A stretch of 64,000 bases of DNA from Bilabrum cf. latius (Eukaryota): contig OZ237746.1 of NCBI GenBank assembly GCA_965178125.1, positions 1,116,001 through 1,180,000 on the forward strand. The letters are read 5' to 3'. Within the stretch, counting starts at the first letter, position 1; every line of letters begins with the position of its first letter. Shown one piece after another: positions 1-11,537 of this stretch. The notes beneath the pieces were generated by a model. That model was not told the origin of the DNA. It made no database searches and worked only from the letters and a program-made list of their open reading frames with translations. The position numbers and the translations under genes were made by a program.

Positions 1-87
1 GAGTGCTTTCGTCTCCGAGCGGTTGATCCGAGATTTGCACGCCCAGACTGCGAAGCCTTGGGCTACCCCTGGCAATACTCCATAGTT

Positions 88-3000
88 ATGGAGGCCTACA
101 CTACCATCAAAGTGCTGGGCCGTGGAAGCTTTGGCTAGGCGGTGCTAGTGGAACGCAAGGATGACAGGGTGAGCGTGCTCAAATCTCGAGTCGAGCCTTG
201 AACCGCCTTACGCTGCATCATACCGGTTGCATCAGCACACAAGCAGTATCATTTGTGCGGTCAGCTTTGCTCATGAGCTACGCACCGGTCATTCGCCAGG
301 TTTTATCCCGTTTGGGCCGCCACACGCAGTCGAGGCATGTGATCAAGCAGATTAACGTGACCAGGATGACACCCAAGGAGAAAAGCGAGGTGCGAAACGA
401 AGTCTCAGTATTGAGCCGATTACGAGTGAGAGACAGGTTGCGCGAAGTATCCTTGCTGGTGCCTGATTGGCGCGTGCTTTCCCGTCGAGCTTCGAAGAAG
501 CCCCACTGTTCGCATTGCTTGGGCCGCCGTGTGCTGCTTCCGCTGTCGCAGTGCCCCAATATTGTCGGTTATGTGGATAGCTTCATGCACCGCGGGTCGT
601 TGTGCATCGTGATGGAGTACGCGGACGGCGGCGACCTCGAGAAGATCATCAAGTCCCGCCGCGGCCGCCTCATCTCAGAGTCCAAGATCCTGGACTGGTT
701 CATCCAGCTGTGCCTCGCGCTCAAGTACGTCCACAACCGTAAGGTGCTGCACCGCGACCTAAAGCCGGCGAACATTATGATGACGAGCAAGGGCATGGTC
801 AAGCTGGGCGACTTTGGCATCGCCAAGATGCTCGACAGCACCGCCGCGCTGGCCGCCACCGCCACGGGGACCCCTTACTACGTGAGATAAGAGTTGGTTG
901 TGTGTTTGAACCATTTATTTGGATTGGATGTGGGGGGGGGTTGAGATGGATACAAGAAGGCGATGCAGTGTTTCTGCTCCTGCCCGCGGCCCCTGATGAT
1001 CCGTCTCGCTCGTCCCCCTCTCTCCTCTCCTCTCCTCGCGCGCAGCTGTCCCCGGAGATATGCCGAGAAGCCAAGTACAACAACAAGTCCGACATTTGGT
1101 CCATTGGCTGCATCCTGTACGAGATGTGCACGCTCAAGCACCCCTTCGAGGCCCGCAACATGAAGGGTCTCGTGAGGGCCATCCTGAGAGGGAGGTACGC
1201 GCCCATCGCCTCGGGTTATTCCAAGGGCCTCTCCGAGATCATCGCCTCCTGCCTCAGCCAGGACCCCAGGAGGAGGCCCAGGGTGGACCGCATCCTGCAG
1301 CACCCCCTCCTGCTCAAGCGGATGGAGGCCTACGTGGCGCGGCACGAGGGGGTCAAGGACGAGCTATCCCACACTGCGCTGCACGGGGTGCACTTCAAGC
1401 AGCTGCCCGTGTTTGCCCCGGGGAGGGAGGCACGGAAAGCCATGGAGCGGGCCGCGGCGGAGAAGAAGGACGGGGGCAGGGGGGCGTAGCGCAGCGGGAG
1501 CGGGAGTAGGGCGGGGACAGGGGCGGGCCCTTCCTCCCTGGCTCGGGCACCCGCGGCCGCCCCTGCCCCTGCCCCCGCGCGGGGGCACGGGCACGGCCGA
1601 AGGGCACCCTCGGGCCCGCGAGCGGGGGCTGGGGCAGGGGCCGGGCCAGGGTACGCGCACGCGCGTGCACCATCGAGGGCCGGCGCCGCGGGGGCAGCCG
1701 CCCAGGTGCCGCCTCGCTCCCGGGCTGACCGGGACAGAGACAGGGGCAGGGGCAGGGCGGGGACAGGGGCAGGGGCAGGGGCCGGCGGCTATGCTCGCGC
1801 GCGACCGGGCCCTGGGTCTCGGCCGTCCTCCCGCGGCAGCAGGGGCTCTGCCAGGAGCGGCTCGCGGGACTCGAGGGCGGCGCACGACCGGCTGCGGGAG
1901 CGGGCGCTGGCGCAGGCCGCACGTCTGCGTGAGGCCAACAGGGCGGCGGACGCGAAGGTGAGGGCCGCGGAGGAGGCCAGGAGAGCCGCCGCGGCGAGGC
2001 TCAAGGCAGAGGTCGCGGCGGCCAAGGCAGCGCCGCCGCCGCCGGCCCTCCGCGTGGGCGGCAGCGGGGCAGGGGAGAAGCCCACGGACGGCGTGCAGGA
2101 ATACCTGCGGCGCAGGCGGGGGGAACAGAGGTCCGGGTCAGGTGCAGGATCTGGTGCAGGGAACAACAGGGAGACCAGCGAGGCGCTGCAGGCGGCCAGG
2201 GACGCTGTGGCGGCGGCGGCCAAGGCCATGCGGAGACAGGCCACCGCCGCGCCGCCCCCGCTGCCGCCTCCCGCCGTTGTGGCTGCTGGGCGCGGGCGGG
2301 CCCAGCCGCAGCCCAGCGGTGCCATCCGTCTGGCGGCCGCGCCTCCCGGTCGCAGGAGTACCAGCGGCGGCAGCGGGAGCGCTGCGGCTGGATTGTCGAC
2401 TGTCGGGGCACCCCCCCTCCCCCTCCATCGCGATACCGGTGCCGGTGCGGGCGCGGGTGCGGGCCTGGGTGCAGCCATGTCTCCAGCGGCCAGGGCGCGA
2501 AGGGCCGTGCTCGGGGACAAGGACAGGGACAAGGACAAGAAGGGACAGGCTCCCATCGCTCGCAAGCTCGACTACGGTGGTGGCTCAGGCTCAGGCTCAG
2601 GGTCGGCCCCCGTGAGCACGCGAAGCAGCGGGAGCCAGGGTGGGGGCGAGGGCGAGGGCAGGATCCGGGGACCCACCCGGGCTCCTCCTCGGCTGCAAGC
2701 AGCGGGGGCAGCAGCGGCGCCACCCGCCGGCTCCCCCGCTGCCCGGAACTTGAGGCAGCTGCAGCTGGGGGCTGCTGCGGAGAGCGAGCAGGAGGCGCGA
2801 GCGGAGCGTGATTTCGCGGGTATGATGGTCCAGTTCCAGCAGCTGCGGGTGCAGAATCTGATGGACGGCATCAGAGAGACGGGGGAGGCCATCGGGGCGG
2901 GGGCGGGGGCGGGGGCGGATGGTGCTGGCGCGGATGGGGCGGAGGGTGGAGGGAGGGGGGGACAGGATGGAGGGAACATGCACGCGGATCGTGACGAGTG

Positions 3001-3403
3001 GATCGACTCGGACGAGGAAGAGTAGGAGGAGGAAGAGGAGGATGGTGGCGAGGACGAGGACGGGGTCGATGATTCAGGTGGGGCAGGCGATGGGGTGACA
3101 TCCAGCCGGGGAGAGGGGCAGGGGCATCGAGCATCGGGAGGGAGCGGGGGCTCTGCGTCCGGGTCCGGGTCCGGGTCCGGGTCCGGGTCCGGGTCCGGGT
3201 CGGACGACGTGGTGCGCGTACGTGCCAAGCTGCTGTCCGTGCTCAAGCTGTCCGAGTTCCTGCGGGCCTACGCGGCCGTGGCGGCTGCTCGCCAGGAGGA
3301 CGCCAAGGCGACGGCGCTCAAGGCCATGGGCGAGGACAGAGCCAGGTACGTGCCTCTGCTGCTGTGGCTGGTGGCCAGAGAGGGGGGCAGGTAGGCGTAC
3401 TGA
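88..3403 (+). CDS. NEK1: NIMA-related kinase (NEK1/3/5-like) with long low-complexity tail; exons 88-168, 330-425, 552-881, 1046-3403
   Basis: Motifs MEAYTTIKVLGRGSFG(TAG)AVLV, VIKQI, HRDLKPAN, DFG, GTPYY|LSPE and SDIWSIG. Three GTGAG..GCAG introns (169-329, 426-551, 882-1045) restore the frame. In-frame TAG at 136, 1487, 3023 and 3392; TGA stop at 3401-3403; NEK1-like C-terminal helical segment. Confidence 0.9.
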
Positions 3404-4007
3404 GGGCATACAGGCTGCTTTGGCGGGTTTGTAGGCGAGGAATGGCCCAGCCAGCAGGGGGAGTGGACTGCTTGTTGTCGTGTATAACGCGTACCTGGTC
3501 CATCGCAGATTCCACTTGGCCGTCGTTGATGTCTTCGGGGTCGGTGCATGGGTAACACAGAGGCATACCATAGTATACTGCAATGACGCCTTCTAATGTT
3601 CTCATAGAAGCCCATGCACTCCCCGATGGCATTCGCTGAGTGTCCGTGCCAACTATGAAGATCAAGATGAAAAATGGAAAGTGTCATGGCTCCTTTGTGG
3701 GACTATTTCTCAACTATTTCGCCAATCAGAACCGTGTTCCTCTTCATATTACAAGTTAATTGTACATACATTCCCAAGCTATCAATTTCATCGCTAGGTG
3801 AAGCTTTTTGATAATTGTAAAGATCAAGATAAAAATACATTTTCAGCGCGAGCCTCGAGGACGAATATCGTGGTTGTCGCGCGTATCTGGCGTGCCTGAG
3901 ACCTATCCCTCCACTCGCTCGGCGAAAACGGCTAATTGGTAATAGAAATATTCGGATCGTTCATAGTATTGTCACAATTTGAGGGCAGCACAGGCGCGTG
4001 AATAGAG

Positions 4008-7000
4008 ATGGGTGAAACGCCACACCACCAAGCAAACACCGCACGAGCACCGCTTGCGATGACCAGCTCAGGAATCATGCGTTGTTTGATTGCAGTGCTA
4101 TTAGGTGGTACGTTTCTAGCTGACAAAGGTGCTGCGCTTCCATTTTCGGCTGATACCTCGAGTCGTGCCGCGTACATTATACAGACCAAGACCACCCGCG
4201 AAGAAAACCCCGAGCCAAGATCTACCTTTGTGGAAGTGAATGGTTATGTGGTCTTCGCAGGACAGACACGACTCGGGTCAGAGGTGTGGGCGACGGACGG
4301 GGTCGAGGCGTGGATGGTGGAGGACCTCGCTCCGGGACCCGACAGCTCGACCCCGTCCGATTTCACTGTAGTGCGGGACCGGGTTTACATGGCTGCTCGA
4401 GGTGCAAGTTTGCGCACTGAGCTATTCTGGTACAACGCATCAGCCATCGGGGCCCGCGTACCATCCAACGCCACCCTCGTGCCACGCCCGCGCACCGACG
4501 CGCTGAGCACGAGCCCCAGCTACCTGTGCCGGTTTTAGGGCCTGGGTCCCGAGTCGCTGTACTTCACGGGAAGCGCAAAGCCGCTAGGGTTCTTCTTCTT
4601 TACAATGGAGCTGTACCGGTACAACGGCACGGGCCGGCCCCAGCTGGTATCCGACCTCGTGCCTGGCAGCCCTGCAGTGCAGTACCCCAAAGAGACGACT
4701 GCATTCGAGGGGCGGTTGTACTTTCTCGGCTTGGTACCAGGGAGTAGCAGCGAGGACAATGAAATAGTGTGGTGGTTCGACGGTGCGTCCCCAGTCCAGG
4801 CGTTGGGTGCGGCGGGTGCTCGCCTTCTCCCTTAGGGCTTCAGGCCGTTCGTAGCCATGCCTGGCCTGGGGCTGCTCATTGTCGGAGTAGAGGGCGATGA
4901 TGATGATGATGATGATGATGATGGCGGTGGTGATACTGGGGCTACGAATAGGAACAGCAACGGCACCATAAGCCTGTACCTGGTGCGATCCTAGCAGCAG
5001 CCTCAGGAGGCTGCCACTCCCGGCCCCCCTCCAAGCCCAGTCCGTATTTCTGAAGCGCTAGCAGAGCCCGAATGGCTGACCATGTTCAACGGCTCCATGG
5101 TGCTCCTGGGCCTTGAGAACACGTACCTGGCAGCAATGGACGTCTCCCTTTGGCTGGATGTGCGCACTGGCACTGACAATGGCACTAGAGCTGGCAATGG
5201 CACTGACTAGGGCACTAGAGCTGGCAATGGCACTGACAATGGCACTGACTAGGGCACAGGCAGCACCACGGCGGCCCTCCCCCTCCCCCCTCTCGCGCAG
5301 CCTGCCCTTCTCATCGGCAGCGAGGAGGACCCCTTCGCGCCCGCCCACCTGAGCCTCGGGCCCGGGGATGCCATGTTCATGCAGGGCTTCAGCAACAGGA
5401 CTGGAGCCGAGCTGTGGGCCTGGAACCCGGACGTGGCCCCCTTCGTGTTCCTCACCGGGGAACTAGCCTCGGGGCGGGAGGGGTCAGGTCCATGGCTCAT
5501 GCACAGGTACTGGTCTGCTCGCGCGGGGCAGGACCTGCTTCTCTTCGGTACCCGGACGTCTGGACTAATGACAGCGGGTGCGCTTTGGGCGTACAACGAG
5601 ACAGCCCGCCCCACTCCCACCCCCTCGGTCACCCCGACCACCACGCCTTCCGCCACCCCGACCTCGACCGCCTCTGCGACCCCCACTCCATCCGTCTCGC
5701 CCTCGCCAAGCACGTCAGTCTCCCCCAGCGCACTGCCGAGGTACCTGCCGCCGGGGGCTCCGGCCCACGTGCAGGTTGCGGTCGTGGGGATGCTGGGCGC
5801 GGGGGCTGGAGCCGGGCGACCGGGGACTGTTCCTGCGCTGGACACGGGGAAGCTGCGGCGAAACCTGCCCGCCTCGCTGGTGCAGGCCGCGGGCATGGAG
5901 GGCGTGAGGGGCATGCCGGCATCCGCACCTGAAGAGGCGGGTGGCGGCACGGGCGGCTGGGCCGGCCGGTTGTCTGTGCAAGGGGCAAAGCCCGACGCCG
6001 AGGCCGAGGGGCGGACGGTCGTGCTGGTGCAAGTCAGCGACGCGTGGGCTGGCGAAGTCGAAGGAGAGACGGGGCAGGGAGGCGAAGAGGACAATGGGGA
6101 ACTAGTGGTGCTGTCGGCGGAGACGACCCGGCAGCTGCTGGACGAGCGCATGCTGCTCGAGGCGGCCCGCACCGGGATCCCGACCTCGAACACGACAGCC
6201 GGCCTGGAGGTGGTGCTGGCGCTGGGCGCAGTGAGGGCGCTGCCCTGCCCGTGCTTCGAGGGGGCCTGGGTGGTGCCTTCCGCCGGTGAGCGGTGCCCCG
6301 TGGTGCGGCTGAACCCACTGGTGGCCACTCTGGTGACCGCCATCCTGGCCCTGATGGTGCCTGCCGCCGCGGGGGCGCTCTACCGGAACAACTCGCTGCC
6401 CACCTCTGGCCTTGGGGCCTTCCTGGGGGCTGGGCTGCAGGTGCTCGATTTCGTCAGCGACGCAATCTTTGTGTTCCAGCTGGCAGTAGAGAGGGGCTGC
6501 AGCACCCCCCTCCTGGTTCGGCTGGCGCTGGGGTCGATGGTGGCTGCGGTCGTGGTCAACATCGCGGGTGTGGTCTTCTTGCTGCGTGGATGGGCCGTGC
6601 CGGGGCTGAAGGTGCACCTGCAGCGGCACGCTGGGGACGTGTTCGGCGTGGCGTTTGTGTCCCTGCTCGGGGTAAAGACCATGGAGCTTCTGACCAGCCA
6701 GCTGTTCGGGAGGAGCGGCCTCAGCCTGTACTCCACCGACAGGCCGGTGGACCTGGCGAGGAAGCGGCAGCTCTCGCACCGCGTGCGGCTGCTGTCCGTG
6801 CCCCAGCTGGTGGTGGAGGACGCGGTGCAGTTCGGAGTGCAGGTGTACGTTCTGGCCGCGGGTGAGAGCTTGTTGCAGAATCTGCCGGCGCTGGTGGCCT
6901 TGTGCTTCACTGGTATGAACGTGGCTCGGCTCACGGTGAGCACGATGCTGAGCTCCGTGGGGCTGGAGGAGCTGGTGGAGCTGGCCGAGCAGCAGGTGGG

Positions 7001-7625
7001 CGAGGAAGAGGGAGTGGGAGAGGGCGGGAGCAGAGGTGAGAAACGGGAGCGGGACCAAGAGCAAAGAGGCGGGGAGCGGATCGGCAGTGTGCCAGGGCGG
7101 CGCGGGGGCGGGGGTCAAATGGGTCAGCAGTGCAGGTTCGGTCCATCGGCAGCGGCTGTCGCTGCTTCATCTTTGTCTGAAGGGATGGGACAAGGGCAAG
7201 GACAGGGGGGTAGGGAGGCGGGGGCGGAGGTCGAGCTGGGGGTTGTGTGGCCCGCGCCTCGCAAGGGGGTGGCCCAGAGCTCCCGCAGCGGACTGGAGCC
7301 TCTTGTTAGGGGTGACCGAGGAGGTGTCACCAGCAGGGGCAGCGGCTATAGCAGGAGCAGTGGCAGCAGTGGAGGGACTGTGGGCTCGGCCAGGCAAGGG
7401 GTGGACAAGCGGGACATAATAAACCCGCTGCTGGCAGCAAGTGGCGGAGTGGTTGCTGGCTCTGTGGCGGATAGAGAGGCAGCGGACGGTTTGGCTGGGA
7501 TCAATGGACCGGGGCTTGGCAACTGGGAGCAGACGGCTGCGGAGTCCATCGCTTCTAGTGGCGATGGCAGCGGTTGTCGATCTCCCGGGTCGGATCGGGG
7601 TGAGAAGCAGGCCCAGTTGTCGTGA
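4008..7625 (+). CDS. Membrane protein: signal peptide, ELWxxDGT-type repeats, P/T/S stalk, multi-pass TM domain, cytoplasmic tail (start could be the ATG at about 4059)
   Basis: One frame open apart from TAGs (4536, 4833, 4992, about 5208, about 5250). Repeats GSEVWATDG..VEDLAPG, MELYRYNGT..VSDLVPG and GAELWAWN; TPTPS stalk; hydrophobic helices with DFVSD and EDAVQ motifs; TGA stop. Confidence 0.75.
5169..5258 (+). repeat. Imperfect 12/18-nt minisatellite encoding GTDN/GTRAGN/GTDQ units with several NGT sequons
   Basis: Units ggcactgacaat, ggcactagagctggcaat and ggcactgactag. Confidence 0.8.
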
Positions 7626-7694
7626 ACAACTGCCGGGACGCAGCCTCGCGAGGCGTAATGGTATTTGATGGTACGTTTGTTGTACTGTTTGCTA

Positions 7695-9887
7695 ATGTTG
7701 GACCAACATATATAGTCCGTGCTGTTTTTCTTCTGGCGGTTCCGTGCATGGTGCGTCACCGTGGCACTGGCAGCGTGCTTGTCCACCGGTGGCACGCGGC
7801 CCTCATTGGGGTGGTCGCAGACAACCCACATGGAGGGCGAGCTTGATTGGAGCGCCTTGTCATTGGAACAGAAATACGCTTTCTATGCGATGAGCACAGT
7901 CTTGTGGGGGGCATCCCAAGTTCTCGAATAGATCCCAACACGGATGGAAGCCTACCAGCAGACCACAGTTTATTACCGCGAGAACAGCATATTTGGCAAG
8001 TATGAGGTGGATAGGACGAAGGAAAAGGTATATATGTGCAACAAGAACCCGTTGTGTATCTTGCCTGCCTGTATTGGCTGCTTGATACTTTTTGGGTGCA
8101 CGCTATTGCCTTTGGCATCAATCCTGCCGTTCATTGTACATGCAGTTCATGGGATCACCTTTGAACTTGATGTACCTGACATTGTGCGCATTGCAAGTTC
8201 AAAGCTCGACGAACGGTGTTTGGTTGGCGAAGTACTCGTATACTCGGTGCGTCAGCAGCGTGGCCGAGCATCTGGTGAGCTTGACTCTTTCGTTCGATAC
8301 AGGCCGGACAACGCGGACTCGTATGTAAAAGTGGTTTTAGAGGACAAATCATAGCTACCGCCAGGTCTAAGGGGATGCGCAAACGTCAGCTGCGTTGTGA
8401 CTGGGGCCAGCACCACTCTAGGCAAGTGGTACGGAGAGCAGCTGCTGGTGCCAAATGCAAACCAGTACCTTGGGAAGCACACATCCGACCACTTATGGCG
8501 GTACCCGATACCAATCCCCCGGAATGACGACGGAGTCGTTCGGAACATATCCCTGAGTCGACAAACGCCATGCGAAAGGCCAGACTACTCCATGCCTTGG
8601 GGAGACCGCATCAGGGATAGGCCCCGGGGATCGCGACAGGCTTCTAGACGCCTAAGTGGACTTACAAAACACGTACGGGCGCGGCAGTAGCTGGCTGATG
8701 CCCGCTGTCGGGGCGCGGTCCCGCTCCCGCGACTGACGCCACCGCCAAGGGTGCAGTCATTGGGTTTGGGCAACTTCAAGATGCCATTGCAGCTGGACTC
8801 TTCCTCAGCAGCCGTCGGTAATTCTTCCAATGGAACCTCATCCTCCCCGACCCCATCGACATCACCATCGACATCGGGTGAGCCCCTGTGCTCTCGCGCA
8901 GCATGGACCCTGGTGCCCACCCCGTGCCCTGGAGTGGCCAACTGCAGCCGGCTCACGATCAGCCTGCTCCCGCCGCAGCCGGCCAACTGCACTCCGCGCC
9001 CTTCCCCCAGTTCGTCCGCCACCCCGTCCGTGGCCCCTACCCCCAGCTCCACCCCGACCCCGACCCCGACCCCCAGCCCCTCGGGTGCAGTGCCTTGTGC
9101 GTACGTCTCATCGGGAGGAGGCTTCTGCGACGACGTCCCGGGGGCGGAGAACAACATGTGGGCCGAGCTCAAGGACCTCATGCCCCCGGCGTTCAAACTG
9201 GTGGGGGCCTCGGGGCTCCTGATGCTGTCCTTCGACACCGTACTGCTGGCTCACCTGCTGCACCGGTGGTCGGTGCAGGACCACGCCTACCGGACACAGG
9301 GCGGCCTGTGGCCAGACGCGCCCACCGCGTGTTCCCTGCGCTGGCGGGCGGCCCTGTACCTTCTGTTCCTCGGCATGGTCGTCGCTCCCCTTCTGCAGCC
9401 CGCGGACCAGGACCAGGACCAGGACCAGGACCAGGACCAGGACCAGGACGAGGAGCTGGTGCAATGGCGCTGGGAGATGGCAGCCAGGGCCCCGCAGACG
9501 TGGCCCGCGGTCGCGCGGCTGGCTCGAGCGACGCGATGGCGCGCTGCGGCCGTGGTGATCGGCATCGCGCTGATGGTGGCGGACCTGGTGTACGTGTGCA
9601 GGGCTGCCGTGCTGCACTGCGGCGAGTGCGGCAGGGCGTGTGGGGATCTCGTCGCCTGCAGGGCCTGGGCTCTGGATGGGAGGGCGAATCAGAGTGGGCC
9701 TGGTCTGTAGTAGCCGGAGGACGGCAAGGGCCAGCCGCAGACTAGCGCAGCAGTAGCACTGGAGATGCGAAGCCCAGACGGGGGTGGGCATCCCGCGCCT
9801 GCCCCCATTGGCATGCATGCGCCTGGGTCGGCTGCAAGAGCGGGATAGGGTGACCACGATACCATCAATCCGCTGACAAGGGTGTGA
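7695..9887 (+). CDS. Uncharacterised membrane protein with ectodomain, S/P/T stalk and several TM helices
   Basis: ORFs 7719, 7944, 8397 and 8751 share one frame and are joined only by TAGs (7713, 7929, 8352, 8688, 9708, 9711, 9846). Ends DTINPLTRV-TGA. Start is tentative. Confidence 0.65.
9405..9449 (+). repeat. (GACCAG)n repeat encoding (Asp-Gln)n
   Basis: Directly visible tandem hexamer. Confidence 0.9.
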
Positions 9888-10050
9888 ATGGGTAGATCAT
9901 TGTTTCCCTTGCTGCTACACGTCATGTGCAAGCGGCCACAGTTCAGTTGGTGATGAGTCACTGATGACGTTATCGTGAAGATGAAGATGCAAACAAAATC
10001 TTCGGATCCGAGACTGCACGGTCACCAGCCGCGCAAAGCGTTCATCTGCG

Positions 10051-11316
10051 ATGATCGTTGCAGGGATCTGTATCTTGCATGCCCTCTCTGTAGCGGCAGC
10101 TGGAGTGAGGAGCAGCAATGACCCAGAATCCGTCGCGTCGCGCGCGATCGAGCAAGCCATGCGGCAGCCAATCAACGGAACGCGGTTCTGGGCGTGGTCC
10201 TACGGTCCAGGGATCCAACTAGACGCCATGGAAAGAGTGCAAGATGCCTTTCCAAATCTGAACTACTCCTCGTTCGTGTCTCGCGTCTTGGATCTGTACT
10301 CGAGTCCAAACGTGCCCAACAACCTGGCTTACCAAGTCCTCCACAATGAAACAGTGCCTTGGTCGTACGCAATCGGCGACCAGATTGGTTTGTTTCCGAT
10401 TGCCTACCTAGATCGAGCCCTCAACACGCACGAGTCGCCTGTCTCTGACGATCTGTACGTTGCGACGAAGGTAGCGAGCCAGTACGTGTTTGACTGGCCC
10501 AAGACGCTGCCCGATGGCACCTTCTCCAGGACCCAGTGCTGGGAAGGCCAGACCTCTGGCAATAGCAGCGGTACGTGCCTCTGGGCCGACGACCAGTTCA
10601 TGGGGCTGACGCTGATGCTCCGGCTGGCTCGCAACGGCGTCGTGGAGGGCGCCGTGGCCCGGTCGTACCTCGAGCGAGCCATCGACATCCACCAGAACTT
10701 TGCGTTTTACCTGCAGGACCGCGGGCAGTACCCGGGGGCCTCGCCCCCAGGCAGCGGGCCGCAGGGCAGCGGGCTGTACTTCCACGGAGCCAACCTCGCG
10801 GGGGAGGGCACACCCTCGTGCTGCTTCTGGGGCCGGGCCCAGGGCTGGGGCCTCATGTCGCACGTCGAGGTGCTTTCGGCGATCGACGACCTAGACCCAG
10901 GGAACAAGCGCAGGGAACATGTGCAGGGGACGATGCGCAGGCACCTGTCGGCCCTGGCCCCGCTGCAGGGGCCCGACGGGCGGTGGCACCAGCTGGTGAA
11001 CGACTCGAGCACCTACCTCGAGACTTCCGTGTCTGCCATGGCCGTGCACGCGCTGAGCCAGGGACTCAGGCGGGGGTGGGTCCAGGAGAATTCCTTCGGC
11101 GGCGTGCTGGAGCGGGCGTGGGGCGGGCTCGCGGGCGCCGTGCTGGCCAACGGGACGGTTGAGGGCATCTGCTGCGGGACTGGCATCCAGGCCTCCCCGG
11201 GGGACTACAAGGGGAGGTCCACGGCGTATGACGAGTGCCAGCCGGGGCTGGGGAGCGTGTTCTATGCGGCCATCAGCTACGGGCAGTACCGCCGCGCGAG
11301 GGAGGAGAGGGCGTGA
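10051..11316 (+). CDS. Secreted glycoside hydrolase family 105/88 (unsaturated rhamnogalacturonyl/glucuronyl hydrolase, YteR-like)
   Basis: Signal peptide; LWADDQFMG, FWGRAQGW and QGPDGRWHQLV..YLETSVSAM match GH105 consensus motifs; intronless, no TAG, TGA stop. Confidence 0.85.
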   Translation: MIVAGICILHALSVAAAGVRSSNDPESVASRAIEQAMRQPINGTRFWAWSYGPGIQLDAMERVQDAFPNLNYSSFVSRVLDLYSSPNVPNNLAYQVLHNETVPWSYAIGDQIGLFPIAYLDRALNTHESPVSDDLYVATKVASQYVFDWPKTLPDGTFSRTQCWEGQTSGNSSGTCLWADDQFMGLTLMLRLARNGVVEGAVARSYLERAIDIHQNFAFYLQDRGQYPGASPPGSGPQGSGLYFHGANLAGEGTPSCCFWGRAQGWGLMSHVEVLSAIDDLDPGNKRREHVQGTMRRHLSALAPLQGPDGRWHQLVNDSSTYLETSVSAMAVHALSQGLRRGWVQENSFGGVLERAWGGLAGAVLANGTVEGICCGTGIQASPGDYKGRSTAYDECQPGLGSVFYAAISYGQYRRAREERA

Positions 11317-11537
11317 GGAGAGAGGTGACGCCGCGCGAGTGGGGTGGCTCGCGCGCTAAGTGTGTGGCTGCTGCATGCGAGCGCAGGTTCAAATCCGAGC
11401 TGGCCCTAGGCTGTATTACGTGGATTGGAATGCAACGCGGGGAATCATCAGATCTAGTCTTCTTTGAATTCAAGGATGCAATGCACTGCTCTGCTCTGCT
11501 CGCCGACGGCTCTAGCACTTTGCTCCACGCCCGCGGC

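Noticed and set aside
5169-5258. Possible CRISPR-like or regulatory repeat array
   Set aside because: There are no unique spacers. It is an in-frame coding minisatellite in a eukaryotic gene.
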